A stretch of 32,000 nucleotides of DNA. It comes from Candidatus Nanoarchaeia archaeon. Lineage in GTDB: Archaea > Nanobdellota > Nanobdellia > Woesearchaeales > JANQNC01. The stretch covers positions 60,001 to 92,000 of the forward strand of contig JANQNC010000001.1 of assembly GCA_028279745.1 (NCBI GenBank), written 5' to 3'. Positions 8,497 through 18,078 of the stretch are shown here, piece by piece. The notes beneath the pieces were generated by a model. It saw only the letters and a list, made by a program, of their open reading frames with translations. It ran no database searches and was not told the origin of the DNA. The first letter of the stretch is position 1. Every line of letters begins with the position of its first letter. Made by a program: the position numbers and the translations under genes.

Positions 8497-8949
8497 ATGA
8501 GCGATTGTATACAACAGAAATCAGAGATTTCTGAGCATGCAAGCAAAGCTTGCATATTTTGCAAAGTGGTCAAAGGGGAGTTGCCCTCAAATAAAGTTTA
8601 CGAAGATGAAAAAGTAATAGCATTCTTAGATATTGGGCCTGTGAACAAAGGACACACATTAGTAATACCAAAAACACATTGTGAAGATATATTTGACATA
8701 TCTGAAGAGGATCTGAAGCAGGTAGCTGCAGTATCAAAAAAAGTAGCTAAAGCATTGATGAAAGCAGTTAAAGCAGATGGGATAAGCATAGGGCAGAGCA
8801 ACAAAGAAGATGCAGGTCAAGCAGTTTTTCATTACCATATGCACATAATGCCAAGATTCAAAGAAGACGGACTTAACTTATGGCCACAAGGAAGTTATGC
8901 AGAAGGCGAAGCTAAAAAGATAGCAGAAAAAATAAGAGAAGAAATTTAA
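8497..8949 (+). CDS. HIT-family (histidine triad) nucleotide hydrolase/transferase
   Basis: CIFCKVVKGELP N-terminal motif and histidine triad HYHMHIMP. Confidence 0.9.
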   Translation: MSDCIQQKSEISEHASKACIFCKVVKGELPSNKVYEDEKVIAFLDIGPVNKGHTLVIPKTHCEDIFDISEEDLKQVAAVSKKVAKALMKAVKADGISIGQSNKEDAGQAVFHYHMHIMPRFKEDGLNLWPQGSYAEGEAKKIAEKIREEI

Positions 8950-9801
8950 CTATTTTCTTTCTTTAATTGAGTCTAAATCTTTAATCCTTTTCTCAGCAGA
9001 TAATGAACCTCTAAACAAGTTCCAAAACACTCTCTGCATCCACTCAAGCCAATCCTCATCATACACGTTATAGATGAAAGTTACTGGTTTTTCTAACTCG
9101 CCTTCAGAATAAAATGCAGGATCTCTTACTTCTTTCATGCTCATAGAATCCGAGTCAACAATGGTTACTCTAAGCGGATGATAGCAGTGCCTTATCTCAA
9201 TGACATCTCGCCCTATCTTTTTGTTTATTGCAAGAACTTTTTTTATGGTCTCAATTCCTGGAAGCTCAACTCGGGTAAGTATTTTCATGCTTATCCCTTT
9301 TTCAGCAAGATGTTCAATCGTGTCAAGTATGGTCTTGTTTTTGTAACTCATCTGGCAGAAAGTCAAATTACCTGAGAAAAATAATATTTGGGATTTGGTA
9401 GTCAATAAAGAATTTTTGAAGTTTTCAAAATTATCTTTTTTAGAATAAGTTTCTTCAGTCAACAGCCAAGCAGATTTCTTTTTAGCATCAACATATTGAT
9501 AAATTTCAGAAGGACTAAAGTCATCTCTTGTTCTTCCGGTTTCTATCTGCTGCTGCAATCTTTCTTGAAAACTGGATGAGTGGATCTTATCAATGTTGTT
9601 CCAGTAGACAATCTTTAATGCACCTCGGGTGCCTTCCCTAAAAGTTTTTATTGCAATACTGCCGGATTCCTGAGCGATCTTATCAACATAGCTATTTGCA
9701 GTACGCCAGTTCTTTTTGATCAATAGAGCAATTTCCTGAATAGTCCTAGGTTTAGTGTAGACAAAATCATTGATTTTTTTTATAGTCTTATTATCTAACA
9801 T
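8950..9801 (-). CDS. winged-helix DNA-binding protein with uncharacterised C-terminal domain
   Basis: N-terminal wHTH-like segment (KPRTIQEIALLIKKNWRTANSYVDKIAQ). I prefer the start at ATG 9801 (TTTTATATA about 34 nt upstream, AGGGG nearby) over the track start at 9864. A TrmB-like C-terminal domain is only an impression. Confidence 0.6.
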   Translation of the reverse strand: MLDNKTIKKINDFVYTKPRTIQEIALLIKKNWRTANSYVDKIAQESGSIAIKTFREGTRGALKIVYWNNIDKIHSSSFQERLQQQIETGRTRDDFSPSEIYQYVDAKKKSAWLLTEETYSKKDNFENFKNSLLTTKSQILFFSGNLTFCQMSYKNKTILDTIEHLAEKGISMKILTRVELPGIETIKKVLAINKKIGRDVIEIRHCYHPLRVTIVDSDSMSMKEVRDPAFYSEGELEKPVTFIYNVYDEDWLEWMQRVFWNLFRGSLSAEKRIKDLDSIKERK

Positions 9802-9856
9802 TAACCAACCCCTTTTTAGTGTGAAGATTTGGCAGTATATAAAATCTTCTAAAAAG

Positions 9857-9916
9857 TACAACACTGTTACATCCTTTTTGTAAGTAATAGATAAATAAAA
9901 TACAACACTATGTAAT
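9857..9916. repeat. pair of direct repeats (TACAACACT core) in the divergent wHTH promoter region
   Basis: TACAACACTGTTACAT (9857-9872) and TACAACACTATGTAAT (9901-9916) start 44 nt apart. Confidence 0.45.
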
Positions 9917-9933
9917 GTGTAGGGTGATAAATA

Positions 9934-10323
9934 ATGAAATTATATGAGGTGGCTGAAACTAACATGTGGAGAGTGGTGGGAAAGATAATGAATGAACCTC
10001 ACCAACCAACACTAAAAGTTTTAGTGAGAAGAAATGGAAAGTTAGTGCTTATGAAAAGGGAGGGGAAGAAAATAGTCTACAGTGATGAGGTGAAAAGAGC
10101 AGAAAAGGTAAGAGATTTTTCTTATGCTGAAGAAGAACTTTTGATTCCAGTAAAAGTGCTAAGTAGAGCTAGAGGTGAAGACCTCACACCTGAAGAGTTT
10201 GAGACTAAGATACTGAAAGCACTTTATCCCCACGATGAATTTAATGCATACACCTTCAAACTTGGGAAAGGCTTCGATCCTTACTATGTTCATGTAGAAG
10301 GAGAGTTGTATAATGTCGAATAA
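9934..10323 (+). CDS. hypothetical protein
   Basis: 129-aa ORF with coding-strand purine bias and GGGTGA upstream of the ATG. No motif recognised. Confidence 0.55.
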   Translation: MKLYEVAETNMWRVVGKIMNEPHQPTLKVLVRRNGKLVLMKREGKKIVYSDEVKRAEKVRDFSYAEEELLIPVKVLSRARGEDLTPEEFETKILKALYPHDEFNAYTFKLGKGFDPYYVHVEGELYNVE

Positions 10324-10405
10324 CCGAAGCTTTTTTAAACGACTTATTGATTTTTTATTTTAAGCTGGGGGTGTAACTCAGCCTGGTTAGAGTGCTACGC
10401 TCATA

Positions 10406-10453
10406 AGCGTTGAGCGATGAGGCCTAGGCCGATGATATAGCTCAAACTGAGGC
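10406..10453 (+). other. tRNA intron 1 (canonical 37/38 position, 48 nt)
   Basis: It interrupts anticodon loop CTCATA|A. Central 4-bp helix CTCA/TGAG is followed by a GCA bulge on the 3' strand and a TAA(GC) bulge on the 5' strand (relaxed BHB). Confidence 0.7.
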
Positions 10454-10475
10454 ACGTAGAAGTCGCGATTTCAAA

Positions 10476-10575
10476 CAGCTGGTTACGCTCAGCTGGCACG
10501 CAAGAGGCGACGTTCGCTCCGTCGGAGCTCAGTCACCTGGTGAGTGTCAAGCGAAATGTGGAACTTGCTTGAAAG
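10476..10575 (+). other. tRNA intron 2 (T-loop, 59/60, 100 nt, GC-rich)
   Basis: The T stem continues into the 4-bp helix TTCA/TGAA, with 3-nt bulges AAC and AGT and outer helix AGC/GCT. Cutting after the second bulge nucleotide restores TTCAAAT. Confidence 0.7.
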
Positions 10576-10648
10576 TATCGCCACCCCCACCTTTCTTTTT
10601 ATACTCATAAAGTAAGTTTATAAGCAATTACTCACTTCTAACCCGAAA

Positions 10649-11074
10649 ATGAACACACTACAGCACATTCTAATAAATGCAACAGGGGCAGCAATAATAA
10701 GTGTGTTGACATTAGGTCATGTAGATATGCATTTCTTTTGGGTGGTTGTGTTGGCAGGAGTTCTGATTGATGCTGATCATACAATAGCTGCAATGTATTC
10801 AGGCATGATAAAAAGCCCAATAAAACTGGTTAGATATTGGGTAAGGATTGCAAACAGAAGAGCGCAAGACTTTTACATATTCCACACATTTGAATTCATT
10901 TTCTTACTAGTCTTGTTAGGAATCATGTTTAACAACCTAACTCTGCTATTTGTTGTAGTTGGGTTGTTGTTGCATCTGATGGCAGACTGTGTTGCAAGTT
11001 TCAGAAGCACAGGAAAGTTTAACTTGATCACAGATTATAGTTTGATAACAATATTATTTTTTATAAGAAGATAG
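10649..11074 (+). CDS. membrane-bound metal-dependent hydrolase-like protein (DUF457/YdjM-like)
   Basis: 141 aa, multi-TM, His/Asp-containing motifs (LIDADH, HLMADC). AAGTTTATAAGC lies about 25 nt upstream (leaderless spacing). Confidence 0.5.
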   Translation: MNTLQHILINATGAAIISVLTLGHVDMHFFWVVVLAGVLIDADHTIAAMYSGMIKSPIKLVRYWVRIANRRAQDFYIFHTFEFIFLLVLLGIMFNNLTLLFVVVGLLLHLMADCVASFRSTGKFNLITDYSLITILFFIRR

Positions 11075-11109
11075 TTTTATAAAACAAACCTTTTTCTTTT
11101 AGGTTATAA

Positions 11110-11230
11110 GCCGACGTGGCACAATCTGGTACTGCGCAACCCTGGAAACTTGCGTTAGGGCAAGTCCCGAACGTCAGTGAGGACAGGTTGTTTCCTCACG
11201 GATATGCCGGTTCAAATCCGGCCGTCGGCG
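11110..11230 (+). tRNA. tRNA-Ser(GGA) with one 37-nt intron
   Basis: Acceptor GCCGACG/CGTCGGC, discriminator G, anticodon stem CAACC/GGTTG, loop CTGGAAA, long variable arm (TTTCCTCACGGATAT), T arm GCCGG-TTCAAAT-CCGGC. TTTTATAAAAC lies 25 nt upstream. Confidence 0.85.
11148..11184 (+). other. tRNA-Ser intron (37/38; boundaries ambiguous by 1 nt within an A run)
   Basis: It separates the anticodon loop from the 3' half of the anticodon stem. It contains hairpin ACTTGC-GTTAGG-GCAAGT and a 3' segment GTGAGGA complementary to the exon variable arm TCCTCAC. Confidence 0.7.
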
Positions 11231-11232
11231 TC

Positions 11233-11247
11233 CATAATTTTATAAAC
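11233..11247 (+). promoter_or_regulatory. TATA element (leaderless) of pyrD
   Basis: CATAATTTTATAAAC ends about 22 nt before the ATG at 11269. Confidence 0.5.
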
Positions 11248-11268
11248 AAACAATTCTCACATTAAGCT

Positions 11269-12345
11269 ATGTTATACAAATACGTACTAAAACCAATACT
11301 TTTCATGCAAGACCCAGAAAAAGTACATGACCGATTTGTAAAAGTGGGAAGTGTCCTTGGAAAGTTTAAGATGATGAGATTTTTGGTGAAGGTAGTTTAT
11401 GGATATGAAAACTCTATGTTAAACACAGAAGTTGCAGGAATAAAATTCAAAAATCCTATAGGGTTGAGTGCAGGCTTTGACAAAAACTGCCAGTTAACAG
11501 AAATAATCCCTTCGGCGGGTTTTGGATTTGAAGAGATGGGCTCAGTAACAGGAGAGAAATGTGAAGGAAACGAAAAACCAAGACTATTCAGACTAAAAAA
11601 AGATAAGGCAATCTTAGTTAATTATGGATTGGTAAATAAAGGTGCGGAATATTTGTCAAAAGAGTTAGAAGGAAAGAAGTTCTTATTTCCAGTGGGAGTT
11701 AGTGTAGCAAAAACAAATGACAGGAAATTAGACACAGAAGGAGGAATAAAAGATTATGCAAAAGCATTCAAGCTAATGCATCCAACAGGAGATTACACAA
11801 CAATAAACGTATCATGTCCAAACTTATCAGATGGACAAACCTTTGGTTATCCTGACAATTTGGATAAACTGCTTAAAGAAATCAGTAAACAAAAAATAAT
11901 CAAACCAGTATTCTTGAAACTAAAACCTGATATGGATCTTGAAAAAGTGGATAAAGTTTTGGAAGTAGTAGAGAGATATAAGTTTGTAACGGGATTCATA
12001 TTCTCCAATCTAACTGTTGATAGAAAAGGATTAATCACCGATACAAGCAAGATGAAGGAAGGGAGTGTAAGCGGCAAGCCAGTAAAAGAAAAAAGCACAA
12101 AACTGATCAGATATGTCTACAAAAAAACAAAAGGAAAATACGTCATAATGGGTTGTGGGGGAATATTTAGTGCGGAAGATGCATACGAAAAAATAAAAGC
12201 AGGAGCATCACTAATACAGTTAGTCACAGGAATGATATATGAAGGCCCTGGACTGATAAAAAAGATAAATAAAGGATTAGTCAAGTTGTTGAAAAGAGAT
12301 GGATTTAGCAGTATTGATGAAGCAGTAGGAGCAGATTTAAAGTAA
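11269..12345 (+). CDS. pyrD: dihydroorotate dehydrogenase, class-2-like fold with Cys in the catalytic-base motif
   Basis: N-terminal LKPILFMQDPEKVHDRF, GFDKN, PRLFRL and NYGLVNKG are class-2 hallmarks. The active-site loop reads INVSCPN. GGIFSAEDAYEKIKAGASL lies at the C-terminus. Confidence 0.88.
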   Translation: MLYKYVLKPILFMQDPEKVHDRFVKVGSVLGKFKMMRFLVKVVYGYENSMLNTEVAGIKFKNPIGLSAGFDKNCQLTEIIPSAGFGFEEMGSVTGEKCEGNEKPRLFRLKKDKAILVNYGLVNKGAEYLSKELEGKKFLFPVGVSVAKTNDRKLDTEGGIKDYAKAFKLMHPTGDYTTINVSCPNLSDGQTFGYPDNLDKLLKEISKQKIIKPVFLKLKPDMDLEKVDKVLEVVERYKFVTGFIFSNLTVDRKGLITDTSKMKEGSVSGKPVKEKSTKLIRYVYKKTKGKYVIMGCGGIFSAEDAYEKIKAGASLIQLVTGMIYEGPGLIKKINKGLVKLLKRDGFSSIDEAVGADLK

Positions 12346-12376
12346 AATTTATAAAAAACAAAAAGGTGATCAGTTT

Positions 12377-12880
12377 ATGATAAAATTTGGAAACAAAGAA
12401 CATTCTGACAAGAAACTAAATGAGAGTATCAAAGAGATAATTGAACAAAATAAACTACTATCATTAGCAACCGTTACACCCTCAGGAAAGGCACATATAA
12501 ACACGCTATATTATGCATACGATGACAAACTAAGATTATACGTTATAACAGATCCAAAATCAGACCATTCATTGAATCTTTTGAAAAATAAATCTGCAGC
12601 AGTCTCAATATTCAAAAGCAACCAAAAGTTTTGGAAAGATGACCTGCAAGGATTACAGATGTTTGGAAAATGTTATAAGACAAAATTATTACAGATGCCC
12701 AAAGGGACAACAAAATTTCTAAAAAGATTCCCGTTGTTTAAAGATCTAGTAAAAAAACCAAAAGACTTTGCAAAGAAAGCTGTGGGGGTTAAGCTGTACA
12801 CCATAGAAGTAAAAAGAATAAAACTATTCGATGAAAAAAGATTCGGAGAAGAAGTATTTATCAATCTGAAAATAAAATGA
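12377..12880 (+). CDS. pyridoxamine 5'-phosphate oxidase-like FMN-binding protein
   Basis: LSLATVTPSGKAHINTLYYAYDDKLRLYVITDPKSDHSLNL pattern of split-barrel flavoproteins. AAGGTGAT lies upstream. Confidence 0.65.
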   Translation: MIKFGNKEHSDKKLNESIKEIIEQNKLLSLATVTPSGKAHINTLYYAYDDKLRLYVITDPKSDHSLNLLKNKSAAVSIFKSNQKFWKDDLQGLQMFGKCYKTKLLQMPKGTTKFLKRFPLFKDLVKKPKDFAKKAVGVKLYTIEVKRIKLFDEKRFGEEVFINLKIK

Positions 12881-13593
12881 AAAAAGTACTGATAACTGGT
12901 GGAACTGGAATGTTAGGCAGAGCTTTAGTAAAAGCCTTTGTAGAGACAAAAAAGTATGAAGTAGAATTTACTTATCACAAAGATTCTGAAGAAGCTGAAA
13001 AATTATCAAAAAAATACAAGATAAAATCGGTAAAACTAGAAAAAGCAAACAAACTATCTGATGATTATGACATTGTGGTTAATAGTGCAGGAGTTATAGG
13101 GTCTTTAGTTGAAACCGAACGAGTGACAATCGATGACTGGGAGAGAACAATAGACACAAACTTAACCTTGCCTTTCTTAATAACGAAAAGGATGCTGCCT
13201 CACATGAGATCAAAGAAATGGGGTAGAATAATCAACATATCATCTATTTATGGGATCAAAGCAGAAGAAGAACTACTTCCATACAACGTATCAAAACATG
13301 GCTTATTGGGCTTGTCAAGAACAGTTGCAAAAGAATATGCTGAATATGGGATAACTTGTAATTCAGTTTGTCCTGGAACCATAAGATCAGATATGGTTGA
13401 AAATGTGGCAAAAGCATATACAAAGAATGAACGAGAAAAGAAAGCATACTACAAATCAATGACTGATGAGATACCTGCTGGGAGATTAGCAGAACCCGAA
13501 GAGATTGCTAAGACTGTGTTGTTTTTGGCAAGCGAAGATGCTTCTTACATAAACGGTTCTACAATTGTTGTTGATGGTGCGTTTAGTTGTTAA
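12877..13593 (+). CDS. short-chain dehydrogenase/reductase (SDR)
   Basis: TGGTGMLG Rossmann motif, NSAG, and the catalytic Ser...YNVSK (YxxxK). ATGA overlap with the upstream gene. Confidence 0.9.
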   Translation: MKKVLITGGTGMLGRALVKAFVETKKYEVEFTYHKDSEEAEKLSKKYKIKSVKLEKANKLSDDYDIVVNSAGVIGSLVETERVTIDDWERTIDTNLTLPFLITKRMLPHMRSKKWGRIINISSIYGIKAEEELLPYNVSKHGLLGLSRTVAKEYAEYGITCNSVCPGTIRSDMVENVAKAYTKNEREKKAYYKSMTDEIPAGRLAEPEEIAKTVLFLASEDASYINGSTIVVDGAFSC

Positions 13594-13627
13594 GAAATAA
13601 ATTAAAAAATAAGAATAAAAAAGAACC

Positions 13628-14464
13628 TTAAAGGTTCAAGTATTTGTTATCTGAATTTGTTTCAGTAAAGTTAGCGTCTTTAATCTTGTTCTGCTTTGCA
13701 ATCTCTTGCATAGCTTTCTTAGCGCCTTTAAACTCTGGTGTCTTAGCGAATTCATAAACGTTAAGATCTTTCTGTCCAGTTGCTAGCTTGTAAGAATCTG
13801 CAACGAATCTGTCAAATCCATTTAGTACTGAATCTTCATGTGCGCCAACTACGTCAACTCTTGCTACTTTTCCATCTGTAAGGAATTTTGTGTATGCTGC
13901 TTTAGCTGTTTCGTAGTGTTTTCCAGTGTCTGCTGAAACTACTTTTGCTATGTTGTAGCCTGTAAAAGTCAGAGCTAATGCAACTGCTCCCGCATATACT
14001 ACGTTTTTAGGTTTCTTAAAGAAATCTTTAGTTGCGCTAACTGCTTTAGCAATGTTTGTTTTAGCTGTGTATAATTTGTCCTTAAGGTCTCCAGTTTTTG
14101 CTGCAACTTTTTTAGCTACCTTCTTAGGTGCTGCTAGTTTAGGAGCAGTAGCTGGTGCTTCAAGAGCTTCCATGTTTGTCTTAAGTTTTTTGTTAGCTTG
14201 TGTCATCTTTGCTTCTAAGTCAGCAACTTCTTTTTTGTGAGCTGCTCTTAGTTCTTTTGCTTTCTCAGATTTTTCAAACTCGACAAGTTTTGTTTTATAA
14301 TCTTTTTCAAGTGCGTTGACTTGTTTATCAAATTCTGATTTTAATTCTCCTCTTGTCACTTCTTGTTCAAAGAGTTTTGTTTTGTAAGCTTCTTGTGCTG
14401 TATTAACTTTAGCATCAAACTCTGCTTTTAGACTTTCTCTTGTTGCTTCCGGTGCTGTTTCCAT
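13628..14464 (-). CDS. membrane-anchored coiled-coil protein with internal 26-aa duplication
   Basis: Two repeats (ESLKAEFDAKVNTAQEAYKTKLFEQE / GELKSEFDKQVNALEKDYKTKLVEFE), an A/K/P-rich linker, one TM helix and a C-terminal domain of about 100 aa. AGGAGG lies upstream. Confidence 0.6.
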   Translation of the reverse strand: METAPEATRESLKAEFDAKVNTAQEAYKTKLFEQEVTRGELKSEFDKQVNALEKDYKTKLVEFEKSEKAKELRAAHKKEVADLEAKMTQANKKLKTNMEALEAPATAPKLAAPKKVAKKVAAKTGDLKDKLYTAKTNIAKAVSATKDFFKKPKNVVYAGAVALALTFTGYNIAKVVSADTGKHYETAKAAYTKFLTDGKVARVDVVGAHEDSVLNGFDRFVADSYKLATGQKDLNVYEFAKTPEFKGAKKAMQEIAKQNKIKDANFTETNSDNKYLNL

Positions 14465-14624
14465 TTTGTATTCCTCCTATAGGTTTTTTGTTAAATGTGT
14501 AGTCAATCCCTCTCTTTTTACATTTGGGGAACCATTACTGATATATAAATGTTTCGGTTTGTTACCACTCTAAAATGGTGATAGTGGCTTCTTTGGGGCT
14601 TTTATTATTTTATAAAGAAAGTGT

Positions 14625-15038
14625 TCAATCCTTGCGTAATACGACATATTTACGGTCTAGAGGGCCTTCAATAAATATCCCTGGCGGGATGTTGCTTTCT
14701 CTTGATATGTCATAAAGAACCTTAGTCCACAATTGACGTTGGGTGTCTATGAGGGAGTCATTGTTGCCCGTAACTCTTGAATGCAGTTGGTTAAGATAGT
14801 CATCAAAACCAGGCACAGAACCTGATTCTTTATCATCTATCTTGATTGTGTCTGGACTGTTTTTATTTACATATTCTTCAATCTGACTGGCTACTTTTTT
14901 ATATTTAACCTCTTCAATCTTGTGTTTTGCAGTAGTTACGATGCTGTATGCGACTACTGCAGAAAGAGCTATGCCAACTAGAGTCTTAATTGGTTTTTCC
15001 TTAAATCTTCTAAGAATCCCGCTTATACCTTCTGACAT
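14625..15038 (-). CDS. hypothetical single-pass membrane protein
   Basis: N-terminal TM helix. The ATG at 15038 has GGGGG 7-8 nt upstream; the track start at 15053 is a TTG. Confidence 0.55.
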   Translation of the reverse strand: MSEGISGILRRFKEKPIKTLVGIALSAVVAYSIVTTAKHKIEEVKYKKVASQIEEYVNKNSPDTIKIDDKESGSVPGFDDYLNQLHSRVTGNNDSLIDTQRQLWTKVLYDISRESNIPPGIFIEGPLDRKYVVLRKD

Positions 15039-15145
15039 AAACATAACCCCCAATAACGAGTTTAGTAGAACTCTAAGTTTTTAATATTTTCCTAACATTT
15101 ATAGCTACTTATCGGAGGTAAATAAATTTCCTTATAAGGGAGAAA

Positions 15146-17053
<1,908 letters not shown>

Positions 17054-17092
17054 TCAAAATCAGCTCTTTTTCTATAAAATCTGAATATGAAC

Positions 17093-17108
17093 TTATATAT
17101 AAAGCTTT
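17093..17108 (-). promoter_or_regulatory. BRE/TATA promoter of gyrB
   Basis: The reverse complement reads AAAGCTTTATATATAA, about 64 nt upstream of the ATG, with GAGGA in the leader. Confidence 0.55.
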
Positions 17109-17333
17109 TGTTTTCATAACTGCTCAGATGCTCGAATTTTGGGGGTAGAGGGGGTGTGCTTGGATTTGATCTTAAATTCTTAACCTTTATAAATGACTTA
17201 TTTAAAAGCTTTTAGAGATGAAGTTAAGTGTTTCAGAGTTGAAAGCGTATGCAAGGCAAGATCTGATAGTTTAAGTCAGGAAAGACAAAGAACAAGTTGA
17301 AGAAAAGGTGGGCTTAGTTAATGGGTAATGAGA

Positions 17334-17942
17334 TTAAGAAGTGGGTTGGTTAGACAAGTATTTTACTGGAACTGGGATCGGGCGAGGAGATAAATTTTCT
17401 TTAAAATATTCTTTTAATCGCTTTCCCCAAGTTTTTTTAGGTGGTTTTGGAACTTGTGCTTTTGATAAATATTCAGCAAAATTGTAAGGTACTAGGGATG
17501 CGCCTTCAATTGCGCCGCCTATGGCAAGGTATTTGGAGATAAATGAGTCTTTTTCAACTCCTTTTTCCATCATATCATTACTTTGACTAATTGTAAAAGG
17601 GACCCAAAACAGAAGAGCCGTTCGAAAGAATTTACCAAACGATTTTGGATACCCGTGCACTTCACTTTCTATCTCTTCCTCGATAGGTGACTTGTAATCT
17701 GGACATTGTGTTCTGTTTAGAGATAGATATCCAAATAGTAAAGATGACACGCGCATAAAAGCAAGACTTGCTGCAAAACCTCCTGCAGAAACTTTATATG
17801 ATGCGTTTACTAAATCCTTGTAACTTCTTCCGGTGATGTTTTGATATAATTCTCCGAGTTTACCAACTGACTTGATCATAAAGTTATCAAATTTTGTTAA
17901 AGGTTTTCCGTCGTCCGGATAAAACTTATCGTCTAGTGACAT
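17334..17942 (-). CDS. hypothetical membrane-associated protein
   Basis: 202-aa ORF with hydrophobic segments and a Pro/Lys-rich C-terminus. No motif recognised. Confidence 0.55.
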   Translation of the reverse strand: MSLDDKFYPDDGKPLTKFDNFMIKSVGKLGELYQNITGRSYKDLVNASYKVSAGGFAASLAFMRVSSLLFGYLSLNRTQCPDYKSPIEEEIESEVHGYPKSFGKFFRTALLFWVPFTISQSNDMMEKGVEKDSFISKYLAIGGAIEGASLVPYNFAEYLSKAQVPKPPKKTWGKRLKEYFKENLSPRPIPVPVKYLSNQPTS

Positions 17943-18036
17943 GGCAAGTAATAATGGGCAATCATATTTAAATCTTTCTTTATTTAACTACTATGGAGTG
18001 GTGTGTTTTTATTATATCCTCTCCTTATTCGGAAAC

Positions 18037-18053
18037 ACAAAGTTTTATAAAGC
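18037..18053 (+). promoter_or_regulatory. BRE/TATA promoter of the L7Ae-S28e-L24e-Ndk cluster
   Basis: ACAAAGTTTTATAAAGC matches the window-wide BRE/TATA pattern. It implies a 5' UTR of about 90 nt ending in GGAGG. Confidence 0.55.
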
Positions 18054-18078
18054 ACCCCTAAGTTCTGCAAGGTATCGA

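Larger units (their letters stand above)
10367..10589 (+). tRNA. tRNA(CAU) (elongator Met or Ile2) with two introns
   Basis: The exons give a 75-nt cloverleaf: acceptor GGGGGTG/CACCCCC, D arm ACTC/GAGT, anticodon stem CTACG/CGTAG, loop CTCATAA, T arm GCGAT-TTCAAAT-ATCGC, discriminator A. Both introns are flanked by BHB-type motifs. A TATA lies about 27 nt upstream and a T-run downstream. Confidence 0.8.

Noticed and set aside
10413-10451. Possible box C/D guide RNA inside tRNA(CAU) intron 1 (two GATGA elements and a CTGA, with intron TGAGCG able to pair with anticodon-loop CGCTCA so that C34 falls at the N+5 position)
   Set aside because: The boxes are out of canonical order and spacing: there is no RUGAUGA-12nt-CUGA unit, and the box next to the guide reads AUGA. 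The CTGA is already explained as half of the BHB central helix (CTCA/TGAG), and the intron is only 48 nt. It is worth a covariance-model check, but the sequence alone does not support it.
17141-17154. Twin G5 runs (GGGGGTAGAGGGGG) as a replication-origin ORB G-string or a G-quadruplex
   Set aside because: There are only two G-runs, which is too few for an intramolecular quadruplex. There are no repeated ORB or mini-ORB elements, no inverted ORB pair, no AT-rich unwinding element with flanking repeats, and no orc1/cdc6 gene nearby.
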